NCBI GenBank assembly: GCA_018821365.1
Contig: JAHJML010000138.1
Location: forward strand, 1,744-65,743
Origin: Actinomycetota bacterium
Lineage (GTDB): Bacteria > Actinomycetota > Acidimicrobiia > Spongiisociales > UBA11373
Length of the DNA: 64,000 nt
Direction of reading: 5' to 3'
Below, piece by piece: positions 28,643-38,450 of this stretch. The notes under the pieces are model-generated. The model was given only the letters and a program-made list of their open reading frames with translations, made no database searches and was not told the DNA's origin. Position numbers and translations under genes: made by a program. Numbering within the stretch: the stretch's first letter is position 1; the number at the start of each line of letters is the position of its first letter.

Positions 28643-29856
28643 TCGGACCCCCCGTCCAGGCGCAGGATCACCAACCCCGCCAGGTGCTCGCCGATCACCA
28701 GGGCGGCCGTCGCCGCCGGTGATGGAGCGCTCAACACGTGGATCAAGGGCCCCTCCCCGGCGATCACGAAGTCGTCGGCCAATTGCCCGTTCGGGAACAC
28801 CGCCTGGGCCCTGATCCCCGACCCGCCCCGATCGAGGTCGCCACTGCGGATCGCCGGGACGAGACGGCGGGCCTCCCGGGCGTACAGGGCACGACTCCGG
28901 GACCGCAGCATCTCCCCGAGGCCGGGGACGGCGTGGCGGGCGGCCAGCCTGCGGAACCCCCGATACCCGAGCACTTCGGTGAGCCCCGCCCAATCGGCCC
29001 GGGTCCCCCGGTAGTGCTCCCGGCCGAGGGCGAGCACCGCATTGGGGCCGACCTCGACCGAACCGTCGATGCGCCGGGTGAAGTGCACCCCGAGGAATGG
29101 GAAGCGGGGGTCGGGGACCGGGTAGATCAATCCCCCGACCAGGCCGGCCGCTTGCGCGGAGAGGACGTGGTACTCGCCCCGGAACGGGACGATGCGCACC
29201 GGGGGGTCCACCCCGGACATCGCCGCCACCCGGTCGGCGTGCAGGCCGGCCGCGTTGACCAGCGCCCGGGCGGCGATCGTCCTCTCCCCGGCGCCCACCA
29301 CCACCCCTCCGGAGCGGGTCTCGATGCGATCGACCTCGCAGCCGGTGAGGATCGATGCACCCCGATCCGCCAGGATCTGCCCGAGGCGGCGGGCCACCCC
29401 CCCGAAGTCGACCACCCCGGTGGACGGCACCCACAGGCCGGCGACGCCGGCGGCGTGGGGTTCGTGGTCGGCGATCCCGCTCGGCCCGAGCCGGCCGATG
29501 CCCTCCACCCCGTTGGCGGCGCCTCGCTCGCAGAGACCCTCGAGCCGGGCGATCTCGGCATCCGACACGGCGACGACGAGCTTTCCGGAGATGCGGACCG
29601 GGAGGCCCTCCTCCTCACAGAAAGCCAGCATCCGCCGGCGGCCTTCGACGCACAGCCTGGCCTTCAGCGAGCCGGGCCGGTAGTAGAGGCCGGAGTGGAG
29701 CACCCCGCTGTTGCGGCCGGTCTGGTGGGCGGCGAGCGCCGGTTCCTTCTCGAGCAGGGCGATGGCGATCCCGGGCCGGGCGATCTGCAGCGCCCGGGCG
29801 GTCGCCAGCCCGACGATGCCTCCCCCGACGACGACGACGTCGAACCGGTCGGTCAT
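28639..29856 (-). CDS. FAD-dependent L-2-hydroxyglutarate oxidase/dehydrogenase (LhgO-like)
   Basis: Start at MTDRFDVVVVGGGIVGLATA (FAD GxGxxG). DAO-family fold with LhgO/YgaF-like blocks (LHSGLYY, GxxxxGRNSGV). Confidence 0.75.
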   Translation of the reverse strand: MTDRFDVVVVGGGIVGLATARALQIARPGIAIALLEKEPALAAHQTGRNSGVLHSGLYYRPGSLKARLCVEGRRRMLAFCEEEGLPVRISGKLVVAVSDAEIARLEGLCERGAANGVEGIGRLGPSGIADHEPHAAGVAGLWVPSTGVVDFGGVARRLGQILADRGASILTGCEVDRIETRSGGVVVGAGERTIAARALVNAAGLHADRVAAMSGVDPPVRIVPFRGEYHVLSAQAAGLVGGLIYPVPDPRFPFLGVHFTRRIDGSVEVGPNAVLALGREHYRGTRADWAGLTEVLGYRGFRRLAARHAVPGLGEMLRSRSRALYAREARRLVPAIRSGDLDRGGSGIRAQAVFPNGQLADDFVIAGEGPLIHVLSAPSPAATAALVIGEHLAGLVILRLDGGSD

Positions 29857-29978
29857 CTGCGGCAGCCGGTGTCCATTCCCGCATTCTGGCGCCTGGGCGG
29901 GGCCGATCGGCCCTGGCACTCCTCCACCGATTATCGATTAGGTACGCTGGACACCACCAACCACGCAGGGAGCACACC

Positions 29979-31058
29979 ATGCCGAACATCGCCCTGATCC
30001 CCGGCGACGGAGTCGGGCCCGAGATCACCGACGAGGCCGTCCGCATCCTCGAGGCCGCCGCCCGGGTCTACGGCTTCCCGGTCGAGACCGAGATCTTCGA
30101 TTGGAGCTGCGACCGCTACCTGGCGCAGGGCGAGATGATGCCGGCGGACGCCCTCGAGACCCTGGCCGGTTTCGATGCGATCTTCCTGGGCTGCATCGGC
30201 GACGCCAACAAGGTCCCCGACCACGTCTCGCTGGAGATGCTGCTGGGGATCCGGGTGGGGTTCGACCAGTACGTCAACCTGCGGCCGATCCGCCTCTACC
30301 CCGGAGTCCCGACCCCGATCAGGACCGCCACCCCCGAGAGTGTCGACTTCGTGGTGATCCGCGAGAACACCGAAGGCGAGTACAGCCGTCAGGGCGGCTT
30401 CTTCCACCCCGACGCCGACGACGGATTCGCCATCCAGACCGGCATCTTCACCCGCAAGGGTTGCGAACGGGTGATCCGCTACGCCTTCGACCTGGCCGAG
30501 GAGCGCAAGGCCGCCGGGTACCAGGGCCGGGTGACCAACTGCACCAAGAGCAACGCCCTCAACTACTCGATGGTGTTCTGGGACAAGATCTACGCCGAGG
30601 TGGCCGAGGGCCATCCCGGCATCCAGCGCGACATGGCCCTGGTGGATGCGCTGACCATGTGGTTCGTCAAGAACCCCGAGTGGTTCGACGTGGTGGTCGC
30701 CTCCAACCTGTTCGGAGACATCATCACCGACCTGGGGGCGATGCTGCAGGGCGGCATGGGCTTGGCGGCCGGCGGCAACATCGACCCGGAGCGCCGCTAC
30801 CCGTCGATGTTCGAGCCGATCCACGGTTCGGCGCCCAAGTACACCGGCCAGCGGCGGGTCAACCCGATCGCCACCATCGAGGCGGTCCGGATGATGCTCG
30901 ACCACCTCGGCCAACCCGAGGCGGCCGCCGCCGTCGGGCGGGCCGTCGCCGGCACACTGGAGGCGGGCGAGATCCGCACCAGGGACATCGGGGGAACCAG
31001 CACGACCGACCAGGTGGGCGCAGAGGTGGCCCGCCGCATCACGGAGGAGCAGTCATGA
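29979..31058 (+). CDS. isocitrate/isopropylmalate dehydrogenase family enzyme, tartrate dehydrogenase/decarboxylase-like
   Basis: 359 aa ([48 protein letters not shown]), typical of beta-decarboxylating dehydrogenases and of TDH-like length. An AGGGA RBS lies upstream. Confidence 0.8.
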   Translation: MPNIALIPGDGVGPEITDEAVRILEAAARVYGFPVETEIFDWSCDRYLAQGEMMPADALETLAGFDAIFLGCIGDANKVPDHVSLEMLLGIRVGFDQYVNLRPIRLYPGVPTPIRTATPESVDFVVIRENTEGEYSRQGGFFHPDADDGFAIQTGIFTRKGCERVIRYAFDLAEERKAAGYQGRVTNCTKSNALNYSMVFWDKIYAEVAEGHPGIQRDMALVDALTMWFVKNPEWFDVVVASNLFGDIITDLGAMLQGGMGLAAGGNIDPERRYPSMFEPIHGSAPKYTGQRRVNPIATIEAVRMMLDHLGQPEAAAAVGRAVAGTLEAGEIRTRDIGGTSTTDQVGAEVARRITEEQS

Positions 31059-32074
31059 GCAAGATCAAGGTAGGCGTCGCCGGATACGGGGTGATCGGCC
31101 AGCGTCTCGCCGACGGGGTGGCACTGCAGGAGGACATGGAACTGGTCGGCGTCGCCGATGTCGCCCCCACCCTCCCGGTACGGGCCCTCGCCGAGAAGGG
31201 GATGCCGTACAAGATGTTCACGGCGGCTCCCGGTGCCGAGGCCGCCCTCACCGCCGCCGGCATCCCGGTCAGCGGCACCTTCGACGACCTGCTGGGCGAG
31301 GTCGACATCATGCTCGACGCCGCCCCGGGCGGGATCGGCGCCAAGAACAAGGAGAAGTACGTCGCCGCCGGAGTCAAGGGGGTGTTCCAGGGAGGTGAGG
31401 CCGGGTCGGTGGCCGACGTCTTCTTCCACGGCTACGCCAACTACGCCAGAGGGGTCGGCAAGGACTACCTCAAGCTGACCTCGTGCAACACCACGGGACT
31501 GATCCGGGCCGTCGACGCGCTCGACAAGGCGGTCGGGATCCACAAGGTGGCGATCACGATCATCCGCAGGATCGCCGACCCCGGCGACACCCACCGCGGC
31601 ATCGTCGACTCGCTGATGATGGAGGCGATCCCCAACCACCAGGCCGTCGACCTCATGGAGATCATGCCGCACGTCGACGCCACCGGGTTGCTGGTGCACA
31701 CCCCCATCACCCACGGCCACATCATCACCATCGTGGCGACCCCCAAGAAGGGCATCACCGACGACGAGGCGATCGACGTGTTCCGGGCCCACCCCCGGGT
31801 CCGCTCGGTCAGGATCGCCGACGGCTTCACCACCAACACGTCGCTGTTCAACTACGCCCGCTTCCTGGGCAAGCCGCGCGGTGACATGTACGAGATCGGC
31901 CTCTTCGAGGAGACGGTCGGCCACAGTGGGGACGACCTGATGTTCGCCATCAACATCCCCCAGGAGTCGGTGACCATCCCCGAGACCATCGACGCCGTCC
32001 GGGCGGCGATCCCGATGCAAGAGGACCAGGCCGAGGCGGTCGGGCTCACCAACCGGTACCTCGGCATGGCGTAG
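31055..32074 (+). CDS. type II (archaeal-type) glyceraldehyde-3-phosphate dehydrogenase
   Basis: 339 aa ([19 protein letters not shown] ... IMLDAAPGGIGAKNKEKY ... SCNTTGLIRAV ... IRRIADPGD) with block-by-block similarity to archaeal GAPDH, including the catalytic SCNTTGL cysteine motif. ATGA overlap with the upstream dehydrogenase. Confidence 0.88.
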   Translation: MSKIKVGVAGYGVIGQRLADGVALQEDMELVGVADVAPTLPVRALAEKGMPYKMFTAAPGAEAALTAAGIPVSGTFDDLLGEVDIMLDAAPGGIGAKNKEKYVAAGVKGVFQGGEAGSVADVFFHGYANYARGVGKDYLKLTSCNTTGLIRAVDALDKAVGIHKVAITIIRRIADPGDTHRGIVDSLMMEAIPNHQAVDLMEIMPHVDATGLLVHTPITHGHIITIVATPKKGITDDEAIDVFRAHPRVRSVRIADGFTTNTSLFNYARFLGKPRGDMYEIGLFEETVGHSGDDLMFAINIPQESVTIPETIDAVRAAIPMQEDQAEAVGLTNRYLGMA

Positions 32075-32076
32075 CG

Positions 32077-33303
32077 ATGTCGATCCGCTCCATCGACGAT
32101 CTCGAGGTCGGCGGCAAGCGGGTGCTGCTGCGGGTCGACATCAACTCACCGATCGACCCGTCCACCGGCCGGATCGCCGACGAGAACCGCATCGAGCAGA
32201 GCCTCCCCACGATTCGCGATCTGGCGGATCGGGGGGCCCGCCTGGTGATCATCTGCCATCAGGGCGACACCCTCGACTACCACAACCTGGTGGGGGTGGG
32301 CCAACACGCCGAGCGGCTCGCCGCCAAACTGGGACGGCCGGTCGGCTTCATCGACGACGTGGCCGGTCCGGCCGCCCGGGACCGGATCACCGCACTCGGC
32401 GACGGCGACATCCTGCTGCTCGACAACCTTCGCTACCTGACCGAAGAGGTGTCGACGTTCGAGCGCGACGTCAAGCTGAGCGTCGAGCAGATGGCCCACA
32501 CCTACCTGGTCCGCAGCCTGGCGCCGCTGTTCGACTTCTACGTCAACGACGCCTTTGCCGCCGCCCACCGGGCGTCGCCCTCGATGATCGGCTTCCAGCC
32601 GCTCCTCCCCTCGGCGGCGGGGCGGCTGCTGGAAGCCGAGGTCACTGCCATCACGAGCCTGATCGAGGACCCCCGCCGGCCTGCGGTCTTCCTGCTGGGG
32701 GGCCTCAAGGTGTCCGACGGCTTCTCGATGATGGGCAGGGTGCTCGCCGACGGCCTCGCCGACCGGGTGCTGACCTCCGGGGTCCTCGGGGAGATCTTCC
32801 TGACGGCGAGCGGAGTGGATCTCGGCGAGCCGACCACCGCCTTCATCGCCTCGCGCGACTTGACCCGGTATGTGGCGGTGGCGGCCGGCCTGCTGGCCGA
32901 TCACCCCGATCGCATCGCCCTGCCACTCGACGTGGCGGTGGTGGCCGACGGGGTGCGCCGGGAGCTCCCGGTGGCCGCCCTCCCGGCCGGCCGATTGATC
33001 GTGGACATCGGCGCCGCGACGATCTCCGCCTTCGAAGCCGAGATCGCCGCGGCGGGCACGGTGTTCGTGAACGGACCCGCCGGGGCGTACGAACAGGAGG
33101 GCGCCGACCTGGGGACGCGGCGGCTGTGGGCGGCGGTGGCCGCCACCGATGCCACCACACTCATCGGCGGAGGCGATACCGTGGCCAGCGCCCGCAAGTT
33201 CGTGGACACTGCGAAGATCGATCATGTGAGCACCGGCGGCGGAGCGCTGATCCGCTTCGTCAGCGGACAGCCCCTCCCGCTGCTGGAGGCCTTCGGAGTC
33301 TGA
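32077..33303 (+). CDS. pgk: phosphoglycerate kinase, archaeal-type
   Basis: 408 aa starting MSIRSIDDLEVGGKRVLLRVDINSPIDPSTGRIADENRI, with the archaeal PGK signature RVDINSPI. A C-terminal GGGDTV nucleotide domain is present. 2 nt gap after the GAPDH gene. Confidence 0.85.
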   Translation: MSIRSIDDLEVGGKRVLLRVDINSPIDPSTGRIADENRIEQSLPTIRDLADRGARLVIICHQGDTLDYHNLVGVGQHAERLAAKLGRPVGFIDDVAGPAARDRITALGDGDILLLDNLRYLTEEVSTFERDVKLSVEQMAHTYLVRSLAPLFDFYVNDAFAAAHRASPSMIGFQPLLPSAAGRLLEAEVTAITSLIEDPRRPAVFLLGGLKVSDGFSMMGRVLADGLADRVLTSGVLGEIFLTASGVDLGEPTTAFIASRDLTRYVAVAAGLLADHPDRIALPLDVAVVADGVRRELPVAALPAGRLIVDIGAATISAFEAEIAAAGTVFVNGPAGAYEQEGADLGTRRLWAAVAATDATTLIGGGDTVASARKFVDTAKIDHVSTGGGALIRFVSGQPLPLLEAFGV

Positions 33304-33319
33304 GGAAGGAGCGCGCCGC

Positions 33320-35161
33320 GTGACCATCGAGACCAGCGTGGAGGTCGTGGCCCCCACCGGGTTTTCGGTGAGCCGGTACTTCGTCGACCTGGCAGCCTCC
33401 GAGGTCCGCTGGGAACGGGCCGGCTGCGAGGACTGCGAGGACGCCCTCGGTGGGATCGCCAGAGCCACCAAGCTGCTGGGGCCGGTGCGGGTCGACGACC
33501 CGTATGCTCCCGATTCCCCCATCGTCATGAACCTCGGCCTGCTGAGCGGGACCAGGGTGATGACCGGGCTGCGCACCTTCTTCCACGGCTACTCGCCCCT
33601 CAAGACCTCCCTGTCCGGCAAGCCCGGCCTGATGTGGTCGGCGGGCAGCGGGCACTTCGGGACCAAGCTGCGGGGCCTCGGCATCGACGAGGTGGTCTTC
33701 ACGGGCAGGGCCACCCGGCCCACCCTGCTCAGGCTGAGCCCGGCCGCCGACCCGGAGGGAGCGGGGGGGCCGGCCCGCTTCGAGTTCCTCCCGGCGGCCG
33801 ACCTGGCCGGGCGGACGGTCAACGACCGCATCCAGGACCTGCACCGCCGCTATCCCGCGGCCCACTTCGCCGTCATCGGACCCGCCGGTGAGCACCCCGC
33901 ATCGGTGCGGTACGCCGCCATCGCCCTGTCGACCGACAACCAACTGAAGAGCGGCGACGCCAAGCCCCGCTACTGCGGCCGGGGCGGCTTCGGCGGGGTG
34001 CTCGGGTCCAAGAACCTGTTCGCCATCGCCGCCGATGGGCCCAACCCCGACGTGTCGAGCCGGGGACTGCGGGAGATCAACAAGGAGATCAACCTGGGCC
34101 AGGGCAGCGCCCGCTACCGGGACCTCCCCGACGACCGGGGAGGCACCTGGCGCACCATGAAGATGATGCAGGAGGCGGCCTCGCTCCCCGAGTACAACTT
34201 CGCCCCTACCGGCACCGACGTCTCCGTCCCGCTGCTGCGTCCCAGCGTCGAGGCGGGCCCCTTCGTCGTCAAGGCCGAGGGCTGCTACCTGTGCGGCATC
34301 AAGTGCCACAAGAACGTCTACGACCAGGAGCCCGGCGGGGAGGCGGGCCGCTTCCGGGCCAAGGTCGATTTCGAGCCGATCACCCTGCTGTCGTCCAACC
34401 TCGGCATCTTCGACCCCGATGACGGCCTCGACCTGATCGAGATGAGCGACGAACTGGGGATGGACTCGATCTCGCTGGGGGTGACGCTGGGGTACGCCAT
34501 GGAGTACAACCACCGCCACCCGGCGGACCCGATCGCCGACGGCATCTCCTACGGGGATGGTGCCGCCGTCAGGAAGGCCGTCGCCGCCGTCGCCGCCGGC
34601 GCATGCGCCGAACTGGGCCAGGGCGTCAAACGCTTGGCGGATGCCACCGGAGAGCCCGGCTACGCCATGCACTCCAAGGGCGTCGAGTATCCGGCCTACC
34701 AGCCGCAGACCAATCCGGGCTACCCCTGGGCGCTGGCCGGCGGGCACATGTCGATGCGGACCTTCTTCCTGATGGTGATCGAACGGGAGACCGGCCTCGA
34801 CTACTGGGTGGACGCCATCACCAACCGGGGACTGCTGTACCTGATGGACGACATCACCGGGCTCTGCAAGTTCACCAACGCAAGCGCCGATCTCGAAGCC
34901 GAGGCGATCAGGATCGCCGCCGGCCTCGACATCGATGCCGACGGACTGCTCGACGTCACCCGCCGCACCTTCCTGCGCGGCTACCTCGCCGAACGGGCCC
35001 AGGGTTTCGAGCCTGCCGACTACTCGCTCCCGGCCGAAGCCCACCAACCGGCGGCGGGGATGACCATGCCGCACTTCAGCACCCCGGAGTTCTTCGCGGC
35101 GCTGCGCGACCGGGTCAACGCCGCCTTCGACGAGCGGGCCGAGGCCGCCGGGCTGCTCTGA
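33320..35161 (+). CDS. aldehyde:ferredoxin oxidoreductase family protein (tungsto/molybdo-pterin, divergent; GAPOR/FOR-like candidate)
   Basis: 613 aa with AOR N-terminal blocks (ATKLLGPVRVDDPYAPDSPIVMNLGLLSGT...KSPLTG-like LKTSLSGKPG...SGHFGTKLRGLGIDEVVF). It has the [4Fe-4S] ligand motif C-x2-C-x3-C (CYLCGIKC) and the pterin-binding DELGMDSIS. Confidence 0.75.
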   Translation: MTIETSVEVVAPTGFSVSRYFVDLAASEVRWERAGCEDCEDALGGIARATKLLGPVRVDDPYAPDSPIVMNLGLLSGTRVMTGLRTFFHGYSPLKTSLSGKPGLMWSAGSGHFGTKLRGLGIDEVVFTGRATRPTLLRLSPAADPEGAGGPARFEFLPAADLAGRTVNDRIQDLHRRYPAAHFAVIGPAGEHPASVRYAAIALSTDNQLKSGDAKPRYCGRGGFGGVLGSKNLFAIAADGPNPDVSSRGLREINKEINLGQGSARYRDLPDDRGGTWRTMKMMQEAASLPEYNFAPTGTDVSVPLLRPSVEAGPFVVKAEGCYLCGIKCHKNVYDQEPGGEAGRFRAKVDFEPITLLSSNLGIFDPDDGLDLIEMSDELGMDSISLGVTLGYAMEYNHRHPADPIADGISYGDGAAVRKAVAAVAAGACAELGQGVKRLADATGEPGYAMHSKGVEYPAYQPQTNPGYPWALAGGHMSMRTFFLMVIERETGLDYWVDAITNRGLLYLMDDITGLCKFTNASADLEAEAIRIAAGLDIDADGLLDVTRRTFLRGYLAERAQGFEPADYSLPAEAHQPAAGMTMPHFSTPEFFAALRDRVNAAFDERAEAAGLL

Positions 35162-35170
35162 TCCGGGGCG

Positions 35171-36460
35171 TCAATCGATCCCGGCGATGGCCGCCGCGAT
35201 GATCTCACCGGCCCGATCGACCTCGGCAGCGGTCACCGTCAGCGGCGGAGCGATCCTGAGGACGTTCCCGTAGAGGCCGCCCTTCCCGATCAGCAGCGAC
35301 CTCGCCTTGCACGCCTCCGACAACCGGGCGGCCCGTGGCGCCGAGGGCGACAGCGTCCCCGGTTCGACCGTCTCGATCGCCTGCATCAAGCCCTTGCCCC
35401 GCACCTCGGCGATCCACTCGACGCCGGCGGCGGCCTCCTCGAGGTGGCCTCTGAGCCGGCGGCCCATCGCCAGGGCATTGTGCTGGAGGTCGTGCTCGTC
35501 GAGATACCGCAGGGTGGCGATGGCGGCCGCACACGACAGCGGGTTGCCCCCGAAGGTGGAGATCGAGTTGGCGGGCAGCGAGTCGATGATCTCGGCCCGC
35601 CCCACCACGCCGCCCAGGGCGACGCCGTTGCCCACCCCCTTGGCGAATGTGAGCAGGTCCGGAGTGACGCCGTGGGCCTGGTAGCCCCAGTAGTTCTCAC
35701 CGGTCCGTCCCCACCCGGTCTGCACCTCGTCGGAGACGAAGAGGATGCCGTGGTCGGCGAGGATCTTCTGGAAGGCGCCGAGCAGTCCATCCGGCGGGGT
35801 GGCAAAGCCGCCGACCCCCTGGATCGGCTCTGCGATGAAGCAGGCGACATCGCCCGAGGTCATCATGTCGATGACCTGCTCGAGGTCGGCGACCGAGGCC
35901 TCGATGTAGGCGTCGTCGTCGAGTCCCCGAAACGGCGTCCGCAGCGGGTAGCCGCCGTGGACGAAGTTGACGCTCAACCCGCTGACGCTGGTCGGCGACC
36001 AGGATCGATGCGAGGTGATGGCGATGGCGGTGAAGGAACGCCCGTGGTAGCTGTTGCGCAGCGCCAGCACCTGATTCGATCGCCGGTAGGTGGTCGCCAG
36101 CAGCAGGGCGGCGTCGTTGGCCTCGGTCCCCGAGGGGGTGAAGAAGACCTTGGCATCGGGGATGCCCGAGCGCGCGACGATCATCTCGGCCAACTCGATC
36201 ATCGGCTCGGAGAGGTACAGCGTCGAACTGTGGAGCAAGCGGGCGGCCTGCTCCCCGATGGCCCGGGTGATCTCGGGGACGTTGTGGCCGATCATCGTGG
36301 TGAGGATCCCCCCGAAGAAGTCCAGGTACTCGTTGCCCTCGACATCCCACACCGTGCGGCCCTCGCCGGCGGCGATGGCGATCGGTTCCTCGTAGTAGAC
36401 CGCCAGCCACGACGGCGCCACCTTCCGGTGCCGTTCCCGGAGTTCCCGATTCGTCGTCAT
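35171..36460 (-). CDS. class III PLP-dependent aminotransferase
   Basis: Start at MTTNRELRERH, with a GGAGG RBS upstream. It has FTPSGTEANDAAL, DEVQTGWGRTG and FAKGVGNG (PLP Lys). 4-aminobutyrate/omega-amino acid aminotransferase-like. Confidence 0.85.
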   Translation of the reverse strand: MTTNRELRERHRKVAPSWLAVYYEEPIAIAAGEGRTVWDVEGNEYLDFFGGILTTMIGHNVPEITRAIGEQAARLLHSSTLYLSEPMIELAEMIVARSGIPDAKVFFTPSGTEANDAALLLATTYRRSNQVLALRNSYHGRSFTAIAITSHRSWSPTSVSGLSVNFVHGGYPLRTPFRGLDDDAYIEASVADLEQVIDMMTSGDVACFIAEPIQGVGGFATPPDGLLGAFQKILADHGILFVSDEVQTGWGRTGENYWGYQAHGVTPDLLTFAKGVGNGVALGGVVGRAEIIDSLPANSISTFGGNPLSCAAAIATLRYLDEHDLQHNALAMGRRLRGHLEEAAAGVEWIAEVRGKGLMQAIETVEPGTLSPSAPRAARLSEACKARSLLIGKGGLYGNVLRIAPPLTVTAAEVDRAGEIIAAAIAGID

Positions 36461-36479
36461 CGTTCCTCCCAACGCATGG

Positions 36480-38450
36480 TCACCGCTCGTCCGTGATCGG
36501 GCCCGACCCTTCCTGGTCGTCGTCCATGACGAAGCCCATCCTCCGCAGGTGGGCGCGGACCTCCGCATCGGCCAGGATCTCGAAGAGCGCCCGCACCGCA
36601 GGGCGCTCCCGCCGGTCGTCGCGCACCAGCAGGTCGTAGCGCTCGTCCTGCACGAAGCGGAACTCCAGGCCCGCCCGGGTGGCGATGGTGTCGAGGGTCA
36701 TCCCCCAATCCGCCCTGCGCTGCTCGACGGCGGCCGCCACCCCGTGATGGGTCCTCACCTGGTGCAGGTAGCCGTCGGGGCGAGCGTCCCCCAGCAGGCG
36801 GTCGATGAGGACCCGGGTGCCGCTGCCGACGTTCCGGTTCACCATCCGCAGGCCGCCCGGCACTGCGCCTGCCAGGAAGGCGGCGGCATCCTCGCCCAAC
36901 CCGGCGTGCTTGGAGCGGAAGACGATGCCCTGTCGCCGCCGGTAGCCGGGTAGCAGCGACGCCCCCTCCGGCACGAAAGCCCGGTTGTACTCGCCGGTGG
37001 CCGGGTCCATCAGGTGGATCCCGGCGACGTCGCCCTCCCCCCTCCGCAATGCCGCCACCCCGCCCATCGAGCCCACCCAGACCGCCTTGACCCGGAACCC
37101 TCGCGAGGCGACCAGTCCCAGCAGGTGGTCGAATCCCTCGCAGTTGCTCCCGATCGCCGCCAGGTCGGCGGGCCGGACGTCGGGGTTGATCGGCCGTACG
37201 ACGACGGCCGCTCCCTCCTCCAGGTACTCGATGGCGGCCGGGATGCGGATGAACCCGTCCGCCCTGCCGAAGGCGGTGACGCTGCCCGAACCTGCCCCGA
37301 GGGGATAGGCGGCGGGGCCCTGCTGCCCCTCGACCAGGTCGACGAGCACGTAGTGGGTGCGGCCCGGCACCGAGTCGATCCGCATGGGGGTGATCGCGGC
37401 GATCTCGCCGGCCAACCCGTTGCCGAAGCCGGACAGCCGGCGCAGCAGGGGAGCGACGAACTCGTGGAAGGTGAAGACGGCAGAGGTGGGGAACCCCGGC
37501 AGGACCACCACCGGCCTCCCCGCCAGCACCGCCAGCAGGATCGGCTTGCCGGGTTTGAGCGCCACCCCGTGCACCAGCACCTCCGAGGCCGGGAGGCGGG
37601 AGGCCAACCGCTGCACCACCACGGCGTTGACGTCGCCGTCGCCCTTGGAAGTGCCGCCGGACAGCAGCACAGCATCGGCGGGATGGTCGCCGCCGATCAG
37701 AGCCGTGATCGCCTCCTCGACTCGCTGCTCGTCGTCGGGGACGATCCCGGCGGGGACCCCATCGCACCCGAGTTCGGCCACCGCATCCAGGAGGATCCGC
37801 TGGTTGGAGTCGTAGACCTCCCCGGCCGCGATAGGGCCGCCGGGGGGGACGATCTCGTCTCCCGTCGAGAGCACCGCCACCCGCGGCCTGCGGACCACCT
37901 CGATCTCTCCGACCCCAACCGCCGCCAGCACCCCGGTCTCCCGTGAGGTGAGGCGGGTGCCCCGCCGCACCACGACGTCGCCCCGGCCGATGTCCGATCC
38001 CGCAAAGGTGAGGTTCCCTCCGGGCGCCACCGGGCGGGACACCTCCACCCGTTTCCCGGCGAGATGGGTGTCCTCCACCATGACCACTGCGTCGGCCCCC
38101 CGGGGGACGACGGCGCCGGTGGCGATCGGCACCGCCCGTCCCGGTCCCACCTCGAACCCGGGGGCGGGGCGGTCGCCGGCGGCCAGCGGCGGCCCGAGCA
38201 GCGTGAGCACGACCGGGGCAAGCTCCTCGGCCCCGGCGGTGTCGGTGGCGCGCACTGCAAAGCCGTCCATGTTGCTGCGATCGAACCCCGGGACGTCCAC
38301 GGCGGCGGCGACGTCGGCAGCCAGCACCCGGCCCAGGGCGGCATCGAGGGCGACGGTCTCGACGGCGGGCGCCAGATGAGCACACGCCTCCTCGAAGCGC
38401 CGCCGGGCCTCCGCCTCGTCCACCACGTCGAGGAACTGGCGCTGTCTCAT
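36480..38450 (-). CDS. molybdopterin molybdo-/tungsto-transferase MoeA fused to a C-terminal periplasmic-binding-protein-like (COG1910 molybdate/tungstate-binding) domain
   Basis: The N-terminal ~400 aa is MoeA-like (FDRSNMDGFAV ... GGTSKGDGD ... VLPGFPTSAV). The C-terminal ~230 aa is a PBP type 2-like domain. ATGA overlap with the upstream MoaD-MoeA gene. Confidence 0.8.
   Translation of the reverse strand: MRQRQFLDVVDEAEARRRFEEACAHLAPAVETVALDAALGRVLAADVAAAVDVPGFDRSNMDGFAVRATDTAGAEELAPVVLTLLGPPLAAGDRPAPGFEVGPGRAVPIATGAVVPRGADAVVMVEDTHLAGKRVEVSRPVAPGGNLTFAGSDIGRGDVVVRRGTRLTSRETGVLAAVGVGEIEVVRRPRVAVLSTGDEIVPPGGPIAAGEVYDSNQRILLDAVAELGCDGVPAGIVPDDEQRVEEAITALIGGDHPADAVLLSGGTSKGDGDVNAVVVQRLASRLPASEVLVHGVALKPGKPILLAVLAGRPVVVLPGFPTSAVFTFHEFVAPLLRRLSGFGNGLAGEIAAITPMRIDSVPGRTHYVLVDLVEGQQGPAAYPLGAGSGSVTAFGRADGFIRIPAAIEYLEEGAAVVVRPINPDVRPADLAAIGSNCEGFDHLLGLVASRGFRVKAVWVGSMGGVAALRRGEGDVAGIHLMDPATGEYNRAFVPEGASLLPGYRRRQGIVFRSKHAGLGEDAAAFLAGAVPGGLRMVNRNVGSGTRVLIDRLLGDARPDGYLHQVRTHHGVAAAVEQRRADWGMTLDTIATRAGLEFRFVQDERYDLLVRDDRRERPAVRALFEILADAEVRAHLRRMGFVMDDDQEGSGPITDER

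Noticed and set aside
27281-29434. 717 aa minus-strand ORF
   Set aside because: Antisense to the COG2403-like gene and out of frame with lhgO. Low-complexity.
36457-38385. 642 aa minus-strand alternative-frame ORF
   Set aside because: Alternative frame within the MoeA-PBP gene. Extreme Arg/Gly/Pro content. The MoeA frame has clear domain motifs.
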